From Chlorokybus atmophyticus (Eukaryota > Plantae > Mesostigma and Chlorokybus algae), in assembly GCA_009103225.1 (NCBI GenBank), contig RHPI01000671.1, forward strand, positions 617,915-681,914: a DNA stretch of 64,000 bases. The letters are read 5' to 3'. The notes below the pieces were generated by a model that saw only the letters and a list, made by a program, of their open reading frames with translations, was not told the DNA's origin and made no database searches. This document shows, in pieces, positions 1-11,029 of the stretch (positions within the stretch are counted from its first letter, which is position 1; each line of letters starts with the position of its first letter). Made by a program: the position numbers and the translations under genes.

Positions 1-1035
1 CATGGGGTGCACATGACTATGAGGCTTGGGTGGCTGCCTTTGATTGTTGGCATCCAGATGTCATTTACTCAGGTACGAAGAGAAGTTTGCTTTACTAACT
101 TTGGGTCCTAACTTCTGTTGCAAATGTAGTCGCAGGCATGACATACAGCTGTGATGTCAAACTTGGACAGGTGGGGATGATTGTTGCTTTCGTGCTTGGG
201 ACATGCGACAAAGCTCGCCGGCGCTGTACACGGATCGGAAGACGTAAGGTGCACTGTGTATGCGTATGAGATGTCAATTTAATGATTAACCAGCTTCACA
301 TAAAGGTTGCGTTTTGGCCAGGCACACCATGGGAGTTACAAGTATTAGAAGCTCACCACACCACAGCCACATTCTCTGCACTGGCAGGTACAACTTGTGC
401 TCATGCAACTGTTTGCACTGCAGCCTGTGTCTGTTCTCAGTATAAAGTGGTCGTTTGCAGTTATGATGAAAGGATTCGTGTCTGGGACACACGTAACATG
501 GCAAGGCCAGTTTGTACTTCATCAACACCCACGAGTGGTGGGGTATGTATCAATACAAACAGCCTGTGTTGTGGCTTGTTCGCTGTATGCTTTACTGGAT
601 ACTGCAACACGCAAAGCGTCACTAGCACACCTGTGCAGGTGTGGCGGCTAAAGTGGCATCCAACACGATCAGATCGGTTGTTGGCTGCGTGTATGCATGC
701 AGGGTTCGCAGTGCTCTCCTTTGATGTGAATGGTACGCAGTATCAGGCCTTTACTTAAGCAGTCTATCGAGTGTTTTTTGCACTGAACCTTCTTTACGCA
801 TGCGTCTTCAACAGATGGCGCCGCAACTGTGCAGACATACACGGCGCATGAATCCCTTGCCTACGGGGCGGACTGGTGTCATCCCGACGCATCTGAGTCA
901 CAGCCAGCAACAGCGGAAAGGCTTGTGACGCTATATGAAGGAGGTGTTGCGAGCAAGCATGCATTGGCAGCTGCGGACTTGGTGGGCACTTGCTCCTTCT
1001 ATGATCGAGAGCTGCGCATATGGACAGCTATCTGA
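1..1035 (+). CDS. DPH7: Diphthine methylesterase DPH7/WDR85 (WD40), 3' part; gene starts upstream of the window
   Basis: Spliced reading gives WGAHDYEAWVAAFDCWHPDVIYSG|GDDCCFRAWD...|HTMGVTSIRSSPHHSHILCTGS|YDERIRVWDTR...|VWRLKWHP...LLAACMHAGF|...HESLAYGADW...LVGTCSFYDRELRIW, the characteristic DPH7 motifs. GT-AG introns (e.g. 73-170); stop TGA ends 1035. Confidence 0.92.
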
Positions 1036-1049
1036 GGTGCTGTTCACTT

Positions 1050-3389
1050 TGGGCTATGTGTTGAGGCACTCTGCACATAGCCAGTGCGCTTGTAGATAAA
1101 GGCAAGCAAGGGGGTGCTTGGTTTGTGTGAACCTTTGTTCCTCACCTTCTCCTGTGCATTGGTGTCTGCTACTCAACACGGCGTGTTTAATAGCAGACAG
1201 GTTATTATGCTCCGCCTTTTGCGTTGATGCTGTCGTGGTAGGCGTAGTGTGTCCGATACATACAACCTTGTCAATTCTGAAAAGGCACAATTCCCTCGTC
1301 GTTCTTTTGTACAGAGGCAAGGCAGCTGTGCAAAATTGTGCACACCACTATACACGTTCGTGAGCATGCTTGCATGCTTTGCATCTAGCTTACTGGGAAG
1401 GTTGTAGACATATACACACAGGAAGTAGAAGTTGTAGTGGCAGAATTTGATGTTGTGGCAACAAGCCTCTACCTAATGCTGCGCCAGCTTTGAGTACATG
1501 GACAAAGTATCAAGGGGCAAACCTGGCCCTCACCACCTCATGGTGCAGTCGTGTTGTTGGAGAAGTCCAAGATTGTCATGTGTATGTCTGCGCTTGCATG
1601 CCAAGATGCTTCCTTCCTGTATGCACACCCGCCCTGTCATGCGTATGTCTGCGCTTGCATGCTAGGATGTTTCCGCCCTGTATGCACACCCGCCGTGCAT
1701 GCAGTGCTGTCTTGTAGAATCCTCTCCGGCAGAAATGTCTCTCCGGACACGTGCTCGAAGCCTTCGAGCACGTATGCCTTTTGTGCTGAGCACCAAATGC
1801 ACCTTCAGCCATGCGCGTCACTCCACGAGCCTTTGCGGTTCTGGCATTGACCAGAAGCCAATTATGCACACTTTCGCATTTTCGATTGTGATACACCATG
1901 TAGTCACCGCTTGTTGTAAACTCGCCCTTAGACGGCTTCATCACTTTCCATCCCATTGGCAACTCGAGACGCAGCAATTTCAAATGCATGACCTGCTGCA
2001 AAGTGGGCCTGGCAATTGTTGAACAAGGATTTCTTCACCGCAAAGCTCGACTAACGTGATAGCGGACGGAAGCAGCGCGAACTTCAGCTCGTCTCAAGGC
2101 GGCGCTGCTGACACAGTCGGTATTACTGTGGGCGGGGATTCCCTGTCTTTCATCTCCAAGTTGCAAACTGCTAGCTCCTGTTTCTCCCGATCCCACGTAG
2201 CAAACTCGTACACTTGGCACCTTCCATCAGGCAGCAAAGCAGCTGCATTCCCATCGTGATGCCAACTGGCCAAGTTGCGCTCCGTGGAGGCAGAATTTAG
2301 GGGTGAAATAGCTAGTATTGCATTCTGTGCAGCAAAGCTTTGGCTCTCGCGACTCATGAAACTCAGCAGCGGACTCCTGTATGATAGCTGATCATGGAGT
2401 CTACCAACCGTAGCCTGTAACCAAAAAGAATGATCAAAACCTGCCGAAGAGAGGTTTCAAACATTGTATGCAAGCACGCCGCGTGCGGCATCCGTCATCG
2501 TAACGCCATGGCATACAGCCAGTTGCCCTAAGCGTTGAAGCTACAGAAGGTCCCAAGGACGCGGTCTTGGTAACTCATAGGTCTCGCAGCGAGTTAAGGT
2601 ACACGGATCTGTCTTCAAGTTTTGAATGTGGAACCACAGAGTGCCGCTGCCATGACAGCTGCTTGCGAGAGATACACAACGCAATCCCCGCAGCAGCACA
2701 ATGCACTAAGACTGCACATATGAGGAAGGAAGTCGGCAGGGGCAGACTCAACAATACAATAGTGCTTGCGTCGCTTAAAGTGGTCGTGCGGCCAGTTGAT
2801 GGCAACTTGGAAGCTGGCATGCCAGCTGGGAAGTTGATTGGGATTGTCTTTTCTGCGTTGGTAGTAGTCGGAAAATTCATGCTAGCAAAAAACTTCGAAC
2901 GCCTTACTCATCCCAAATGCTGCTCTCCATTGCCTGCATGTACACGAAACGTTACCCATTCAGTAATGCGAATGTTGTGGAAAGTTGATTTCGTGGTTGT
3001 GCAAGTCACATTTGGCTCAAAGATTGTCGCTCCACTCAATGGCTCGAGCAAACTCAACAACCCTTGAAAACAAATGGCATTCGCAACAGATGAGATAGCC
3101 GAGAAGGCAGAGCACATCGCTTGCGGGGTGGACAACAACAACGACAGCAAGAACCCACCATTGCATGCAAGCACCACTTGAGGGCATTCAACCAGAACGT
3201 TGCAACATGCCCATAAATAGAACTCTCTGAAGGAAACTGTACAAGCAGCTTACACCCAATGCTGACCTACCTGCACACTGAGGCTGCAATGACAGTTGTC
3301 CTGATCCTAACCACCACGAAGCTGCGCTCCAAGCAGTCTACCGGCAGCTCCCTCCATCGTGAGCTGCCCTTGACTCTAGACTCTTCCAT
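1050..3389 (-). pseudogene. F-box protein gene, copy 1, probably pseudogenised
   Basis: First exon 3389-3271 reads MEESRVKGSSRWRELPVDCLERSFVVVRIRTTVIAASVCR (F-box-like W.ELP.DCL...F...A.SVCR) followed by a GT donor. Downstream sequence aligns with the copy at 11.0-13.9 kb. In-frame TGA at 2908-2910 and frame changes relative to copy 2 (near 2660 and 1190). Confidence 0.6.
1575..1697. repeat. Two diverged tandem copies of a ~61-bp unit inside the F-box relic
   Basis: gtcatg(t/c)gtatgtctgcgcttgcatgc...ctgtatgcacacccgcc starts at 1575 and again at 1636. Confidence 0.8.
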
Positions 3390-3429
3390 GGCTTGTGGAA
3401 GGGATTGCAAGCAATCCATCCGTCAGCCT

Positions 3430-3500
3430 AAGCTCAGCTGCACTGCCTTAAGCTGAGCTAAGCTGAGCTAAGCCGAGCTGCCCAGAGCTCAGCTGAGCTG
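3430..3500. repeat. AGCT-core pentamer array (agctc/gagct/aagct) 40-110 bp upstream of the F-box ATG
   Basis: aagctcagctg...aagctgagctaagctgagctaagccgagctg...gagctcagctgagctg read directly. Confidence 0.8.
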
Positions 3501-4639
3501 GAAAGAAGCAAGTCGTTAAACACCTTGCCGTTAGCCTTTCGCACACGATGCTGACTGAACCCCAGGCTCCAGCTCCCCCAATGCCCCTTCCTGACTCCCG
3601 ACGCCGCTACCCACCATGCTGTAGGCTACTGGTCACCAGCAGCTCTAACAGTCACTCATGCATCCAACTTAGCTGCGCACCTACCCGCCGGCGACAGCGG
3701 CATGCCGCTTTGCTCTGCTTGAGTGACAGATGACAAGGCCAAGGAGAACAGGGCAGGTCAGTGGGCCCAACCGGACACAAGTATGGGAGGTGAATGCATG
3801 CAGGTTTGCAGTGCTCTTTTTTCAGGTGACTTGTACACATGGTTAATTGTAGCGGTCAATTATGCCTGTTTCATCTCCATAGATAGCTGCATCAACAGTT
3901 GTTCTTTTTCGAAGATAGGGCCCTTACGGCGCGGGCAGCCCCACAGGGTAAATAGAGCGAACTTCATAGATTTTTTTGCATATAATGTTAAAGCGGGCAT
4001 TATGTTGGTTTTCTGGCGGTGACATGGTTGCATTTGTTGTAGATAAAGTTATTATCTACACAGCGGTATTGTTTTTGCGATTTATGCCCAGTGATGGCTA
4101 CCAACAGAGCTCCAAAGTTAGGGTGTGGAGGTGTATCCCCAAACCAACTTTCACCCTAATTTCGTGAGTAAAAAGTGCATGGCAGGCACTTCAAGCACAG
4201 TGAGTGGTGTGGAGGCCTTGAGGGGTGTTGGTATCATCGGGAGTATCGATATGACAGGCGGTGCTGTCATGCCTGCTTGGGGTTTGCCGTGCAGCCTATT
4301 GTTTGCAGCCATTCCGTGGCGGCAAGGTTGCGTGCAACCTTGGCGCCAAGATGTGACGATGGACGCAAGGTTGTGTGAGCGTTGTGTGAACGGCGGCAGC
4401 GGTGAGCATGGGTTAAGGGCACACGCTAGCAGCGGCAAGCAACACAAGCAAGTTAGGGTGCATGCTCTGAAGTGAAGCATGTTGGCAAGTTGCATACAAG
4501 CCTTGTATGCAAGCTGAGTCCTATGTACAGGGCTGTATGCAAGTTGCTAGCCTAGGGTACATGCTCCGCGTGTATGAGCTACAATGCTTGGCTGCCTTGT
4601 TTACTAGGCTAAATGCTTGTTCTGTTTTGCAGCTCTCCT

Positions 4640-6560
4640 CCTCACCTCTCTTGCCTCGCGCTCTTGCCTCTGCACTCTCCAGCGTGCTCAAACTTCTCTT
4701 GCAGCTGGGTGGGGTGTAAAGCGGTCGTTAATGTAGTCTTCGGCGCTGTTCGCAAAGGTTCTCCTACCTGGTTGTCACACAAGAAATGGTCCCATACATA
4801 GGGCATGAGAATGGCGTTGGCCTCCATTGCAGTCTGCTCCCTCTGTGTCTTCTCAAGGTGAGCTGCTGCTTTGCTCTGCATTCTGCCTGTCTGCCTACTG
4901 TTGCTTCTCATGCTGCCTTGCCCTCCTCTCATCATTCTCTGCTTGCTCTAGCCTCTTCTTCGCTTCATCGGCGGGCTTCTTCACTGTATGAGCCTCTGCC
5001 TTCCGAGCTGCGAACTTAGCAGCCTCAGCCTTGCCTGCCCTCTCCTCTGCTCTCATAATCTTTGCTTGGCATTTGCGCTCTTTCTCACTGTCCTGTTAAA
5101 TTAACTTCGCAAGCAACTCATCACTAGTGAGCAGTTGCGCGGAGGTGACACCTCTCCTTCTCTTGGGGGCTTCTGTGTAGAGGGTGCAGGCCTCTACATC
5201 TAGAGCGTTAGCATCCCCAGCAGCGTTGACATCGTCTTTTGCATCAGTAGCTTTTCAGCAGGGCTCCTAGATGGTCTGCTGGTTGCACTGGGGGCAGGTA
5301 CTCGTCCACACAGTGCTTGTCGAGGGGGTAGAGTCCGCATGCACGAAACCCGCTGATGATGTTTTGCGGGGAGAGTCCAACTTGAAATGGTTGCACCATC
5401 AAGCCCAAGAATTCATCACGTGACAGGTGGTATTTGTAGCGCTTGCGCATCCTCTTTTGGTACTGTTTGCAGTACTCTTTCTTGAAGGGGTGGAAGCAAC
5501 TCACATCTAGCATTTGCAGTTTGTGCGTGGTGGGAGGAGGCAGGTTGAGGATGTGCAAGATAGCATCTTTGGCGAATTGGATCATTGCAGGGTTGTAGCG
5601 GCTCACATGTCCATCAATGACCACAAGGCAGGGTTGGAAGTAGAGACCCCTCCCGGCATGTGTGCTACGAGAATCTTCTCCACCCATGCTTCAATGATGT
5701 CAGTCGTCATTCATCAAATTTTTAAGCCCTTAGCGTGCTCCAGCCACGTCAAAGATCTTGTAGTCACTCGTGAGTCTCTCTCCCTTGAGGATCACCAAAG
5801 GTCCCACTTGGAACCAATGCAAACACACAGGTCTCACTCATTTTACATTGTGCATTACATGCTTTGTACATTGCCTCAAAGAGTGCATTACAGAGTGCAC
5901 CTCACCTGGCAACTATCACTCTTTGGTTCTGCATGGCTGTGTCAGGTTTTAAACCAACCTCGACATTGGCGATGATGCGGTCAGAGCCCACTCCCAACTT
6001 GTGCATAACCTTCTCTAAGAAGGTGAAGTAATGCTCAACCACTGGCCTGCTCAACCCCACCTTTCTGGAGCGATCAAAGGGTTCAGCCTTTCTTGAAGTG
6101 AGGTTGTTTCTCGCATGAAATGCATTACACTATTTGCGTCCAGGTAAGCCATGCTGCAGTCTCCTGTCATCTTTTACAAGCCGTTTGCCAACTTCAATGC
6201 AGATCTCCGTCCATGCCAGTGCCCTTCCCACTTGATTCCTTGCATTCACATAGTCTGTCAGGTCCTTCTCCTCTGCCTCAGTTAGCAGAGTTGGAGCACC
6301 TGGACCCCTACATGGCATGCATTTCAGTTGGCTAGAGCTGCACAATTGCATACATTCACACTTCCATTACACACTACTACTTCCTTGTAATGTTGCAGCT
6401 TGTGTGGGATTTGGCAATAGTCGCGGAGTGTGGAGTAGGGCATGCTAAGCTCCCTTGTTGCAGTGCCCACAGTCATGCACCCTCCGTTGACTGCATCCAT
6501 TATACGGTTGATGTCTTTCCGGTAGTGGCGGTGGTTCATGTAGCTGCCTCTGGGTCCCTT
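4640..6560 (-). mobile_element. Decayed pogo-superfamily (Fot-like, DD35D) DNA transposon transposase
   Basis: HTH-psq-like ...ATRELSMPYSTLRDY (~6540-6400); CENP-B HTH GPGAPTLLTEAEEKDLTDYV...LPGRK* (6351-6130); DDE_1 domain VVIDGHVSR...LPPPTTHKLQMLDVSCFHPFK...NIISGFRACGLYPLD (5640-5320) with 35 residues between the two Asp; charged C-terminal tail. Broken by stops and frameshifts; TIRs not found. Confidence 0.88.
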
Positions 6561-8148
6561 GTCAGGGGTGTCTTTACGCGCACACTCCTGCTGCCCTGCA
6601 TACACATGCACGCGGCAACATGAGTGACAACTGGTGGTCTGAATGGCATGCAGGTAGCGAGGATGATAATGCCATTCCAATAACACTGCACACCCACCCG
6701 AACTCCTTTGCTGCGTGGCATATGTGGAGGTAGAGGTAGAGGTAAAGATAGAGGTAGAGAGGAGGTAGCAGCATGTGATAGGCTGTCCAACACTCTGGCT
6801 TTGCAAGCAGCTATTTGTTGCCTCCTGGCCCGCTTACTGGCCTGGTGCTAACACTCACACCCCATTGCTAATCCAACACATTGGCATGCATTTCACTCTC
6901 ACACCAAGCCACACTACGCAACCCAAAATAGACCCTCCACCGCACACTAGCTTAATTGTGAGATGCAATGCTGTAAGTGAGCTGGTCACTCTTATTACTC
7001 ATTTCAATGCCCACACGTTAAGCAAGAGCGCCAAACTAGATTTAAATGTGCAAGCCAAGTATAGCACAATTTGATTTTCCACCATTGCATTACGCACTAC
7101 CCCCCTCACCTTAATTTAACAACTTTAACACCACCGCGCCGACCAGTGCAAAACTTTAAACATTGTCAAAGCATCATACAAGGACCTACTTACGCTTCAA
7201 TTCACTTAAACCGGATAACAACAGCCCAAGTTATCATCAGTTAAAGTTTGGGCATCATGTACACTTAATTAATGTCCTATGTATGCCATGTTCAAATAAT
7301 TGAATAAGCCGCCACACAAGTCCGTTTGCTTTAGTAGAAGCCTACAGACATAGATCACACCCTATAGGTCTCAGACCAATCAGAGCAGAGATGCGCCTGC
7401 CAGCACGGTTACAGTGACTTTTACGATATTATTTACATTATTATTTACATTAAGGTGTACTACGAAGTTCGCTCCATTTACCTTAGTCTCCTTTTTATCT
7501 CCGTGCCCCGCTGCACCTCGGTCGCTATGACTTAAAGCTCTTATCCTGAGCCGCTCGATCGCCGCAGCTCCTATTCTCGGTGAGCCACGTGTTTGGTGCG
7601 GCCCAACAAAGTAGGAGCTGCCTTAAGACGCGCTTAAGAACAAGGATCCTTAAAAGCGTTATAGGGCCCATCTGTTTGTTGTTTCTCTCGAGAAATAGCG
7701 ATAAAGAAAGGTCTTTCCACGATTGGCCACGTGGGCCTCTCGGGCCAATCAGAGAAAGAGGTGAGAAAGACGAACATGACGAAAGGAGGCGCGGCCCGGA
7801 CCGCCGACCACTGTCGGGTGTCGGCGCTCCTGTGGCGCGCGACACTCCGGGTATTGCGCGGCGCCGTCAGGCGTTTAGGCGCTAAGCTGCTGCTGTAAAC
7901 GTGCTGTTAGGAATGAAAACCCTTATGCATGCGCCCACCAGTGTTTGAAAGCATAAAGTCCTCAGTGCATGTGTATATGTGTGCACTGATACAGTGTTTA
8001 CCCGTATAAAAGCCCCCCTTTTACGTAATCGCCCCCTTTTCAATGAAGGGGGCTGTATTGCATCAAGGTGCCGATAAAATGCACGACACAAGCGGCTTGC
8101 GTTGTGCACTTTGGGTGACTCAATTGGCTGCATCTCATTTACTTACCC

Positions 8149-8711
8149 NNNNNNNNNNNNNNNNNNNNNNNNNNNNNNNNNNNNNNNNNNNNNNNNNNNN
8201 NNNNNNNNNNNNNNNNNNNNNNNNNNNNNNNNNNNNNNNNNNNNNNNNNNNNNNNNNNNNNNNNNNNNNNNNNNNNNNNNNNNNNNNNNNNNNNNNNNNN
8301 NNNNNNNNNNNNNNNNNNNNNNNNNNNNNNNNNNNNNNNNNNNNNNNNNNNNNNNNNNNNNNNNNNNNNNNNNNNNNNNNNNNNNNNNNNNNNNNNNNNN
8401 NNNNNNNNNNNNNNNNNNNNNNNNNNNNNNNNNNNNNNNNNNNNNNNNNNNNNNNNNNNNNNNNNNNNNNNNNNNNNNNNNNNNNNNNNNNNNNNNNNNN
8501 NNNNNNNNNNNNNNNNNNNNNNNNNNNNNNNNNNNNNNNNNNNNNNNNNNNNNNNNNNNNNNNNNNNNNNNNNNNNNNNNNNNNNNNNNNNNNNNNNNNN
8601 NNNNNNNNNNNNNNNNNNNNNNNNNNNNNNNNNNNNNNNNNNNNNNNNNNNNNNNNNNNNNNNNNNNNNNNNNNNNNNNNNNNNNNNNNNNNNNNNNNNN
8701 NNNNNNNNNNN
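8149..8711. other. Assembly gap (N run)
   Basis: Continuous n characters. Confidence 0.99.
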
Positions 8712-10389
8712 NGGGGGGAGGGAGGGCTCGTATACAATTGAGTTTGATGAATGCAACCACAATGCACATACACAGCTGTCTGCATAGTAAGCACAAGTAA
8801 GAAACGTGTTAAGTTGCCATATGTTGCGAACATCAAAGCGTTTGAACATTGCATAATGCAAGCATCGAAAGTGGTAGCAAAACTGTATACATAATCTGCA
8901 CTCCATTACCCCACCTCCACGCCCAGATCAAGCCGTTTTCGTAAGATGAAGCTGCAATTAGGGCGGGGGACCATGTAGCTTACATAATAAGAGCATACAT
9001 CATTTGCAAGCCTTGCAACACAGTAATAATAATACTGTAAATAACCGCTTATAAATGAACAATGCATTCAACTCGTGTAAATGCATTCATAAATGCATTA
9101 ATAAAGGCAACAAATAACATTTTATAAATAACACAATTGTGTATTTACACGATTAGTATTTGAATAAAAAGTAAGTAAGTAGTAATACAAATGTAATAAT
9201 ATATGTGCTTTAAATATAAAGTATAGCTGTAATGCAGCGAGTGCATCTATGTTCTGGGATATACACATCATTTATCATGTATGATGACAATGCGAATAGG
9301 TATTGTATGATCTCACATTGATTTATTACTATGTAAACAGCGTGTATTGAACATAAATACATTAAGATGATTACGTAATGTATTATATAAATTCCAATGT
9401 GAGATGTACTCACGATTGTTTCATATATTTGTTATACAATTTCCTTGTTTTACTTTTGTATGCATAATTCATGCCACGTATGCGCATCTTGCGACGTATT
9501 CACATATACATGTAACCGCGAAACATTTTCTCATCAACTTTGCCTTCAAAAGTGAGGACAGGTATTGTGGTTTGAGAGCGTTTCATTGATCTCTGTATGT
9601 AAATAAATTCCAGGCTAACAGGTTTATTTTGTTCGTTATGGCACTACTTTGATCGCCGACGTTATGCCTCGAACCGCCGCTGCTTACTAGTGATCTCTTG
9701 CTGCTAAAGAAATATTATTGACCCGCAAAGTTGAACTTTGCGGTCGATACTTGTTGATGTACGAAGTCACGCCGATGGCGTAACCGGATGACAGTGGATT
9801 ACCATTTCACTGATAACTTACCGTTGTTGTTACGCCCCCATCAAGCACCGGAGACTATAGGCTGCGCGCGCCATACGGGCCCTATGTTCAAAAAAGACAA
9901 CTGTCGATGCAGCGATCTACGAGCACTACGTGCCCTATGGGGGTTTCCCCCTTTTTCCCTCCTATCCCCATCTTCTTTGCTTTTCGTCGCTCCATGACAC
10001 CGTTTTTCTGTCTCCGGACGCATGCGTCCAACATATGGCCCCGAGACTGTGAAGACGTACACAAGCTCGATACTTCTCGAGTGCACTGTGCCTAGACGCG
10101 GTGACATATGTGCTACATTGTTTGGCACGATGTGATGTGCATAGAGTATTGAACATAACTTTAATACTCTATGCACATCACGGCAACCATGCAATCACAC
10201 GCTATGCTGAAAGATACAACATACACCACAGGCAACGCAAGGCAGGCAAAGTAAACAGAGACAATCTTTGAATTACACATAAGGCCATCACCTCACACTA
10301 CACAGAGTGCTCTCATGTGCTGTGCAATGCAACAATGAGTGAGGCAGGTAGCAGCAGTCATCAATCTGTATACACGTGTATGTATGCCA

Positions 10390-10558
10390 CAGCTTACTGT
10401 ACATGTACACAAGTCACGAGTCGCTTGCGTATGGGATCAAAAGCTGGTGGCCTTTGGACGCAAAAGAAGGTGTTGCGAGCAAGCATGCCAGTTAGCCGGA
10501 CTTGGTGGGCACTTGCTCATCATGATCGGGAGCTGCGCATATGGACATGTACTTGAGT
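10390..10558 (+). pseudogene. Degenerate duplicate of the DPH7 last exon
   Basis: cacgagtcgcttgcgtatggg (HESLAYG) at 10415 and aaggtgttgcgagcaagcatgc...cggacttggtgggcacttgctc...atgatcgggagctgcgcatatggaca closely match 847-1030, with indels. Confidence 0.85.
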
Positions 10559-10655
10559 TGCTTTTCAATGTTGGTCATATAAACGATGCGGGACGTGGTT
10601 GTACACAATAAGCGTAAGGCTGTTATCTACATGCATTTTCACACCATACATAAAA

Positions 10656-10836
10656 TGGCCAACCACGCACCCGCATGTACGACCACCGAGGCTAACTCTA
10701 CCTTCCACTCTACCCCTACTCCTATTGCCCCCCTTTCTGTTATGCTGGCCAACCACGCACCTGCATGTACGACCACCGAGGCTAACTCTACCTTCCACTC
10801 TACCCCTACTCCTATTGCCCCCCTTTCTGTTATGCT
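10656..10836. repeat. Near-perfect 2 x 90-bp tandem duplication
   Basis: tggccaaccacgcacc(c/t)gcatgtacgaccaccgaggctaactctaccttccactctacccctactcctattgccccctttctgttatgc at 10656 and 10746; one mismatch seen. Confidence 0.95.
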
Positions 10837-11029
10837 GAGGTAAAGACTATGATATGACAAGAATACCGTGGCAACAAAGTCAACCAGCGTGGAAGCCGAT
10901 GCACAAGTAACAAAAGATGCAAATTAGTTGTTAGACATAGGCAAGGCAAAGCAAACATTAAAGCAAGGCGTGCGCTGCTCCATAACATGCATAGAATATG
11001 GTGGTCATGGTAGTCACCTGCGCAGCGGA

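Noticed and set aside
4110-4460. Interstitial telomere from ttaggg words
   Set aside because: Isolated single units, not a tandem array.
4000-7200. Terminal inverted repeats for the pogo element
   Set aside because: Only weak partial matches (e.g. caccctaattt vs caccttaattt); no convincing TIR pair with TA target duplication.
8043-8906. Several >200-aa ORFs in the ORF track (also 17223-18468)
   Set aside because: They are runs of X across N gaps, not real coding sequence.
9723-9743. Helitron 3' end at the 10-bp palindrome (also gccccctt/aagggggc at 8031-8053)
   Set aside because: No CTRR terminus at the expected distance on either strand and no Rep/helicase sequence.
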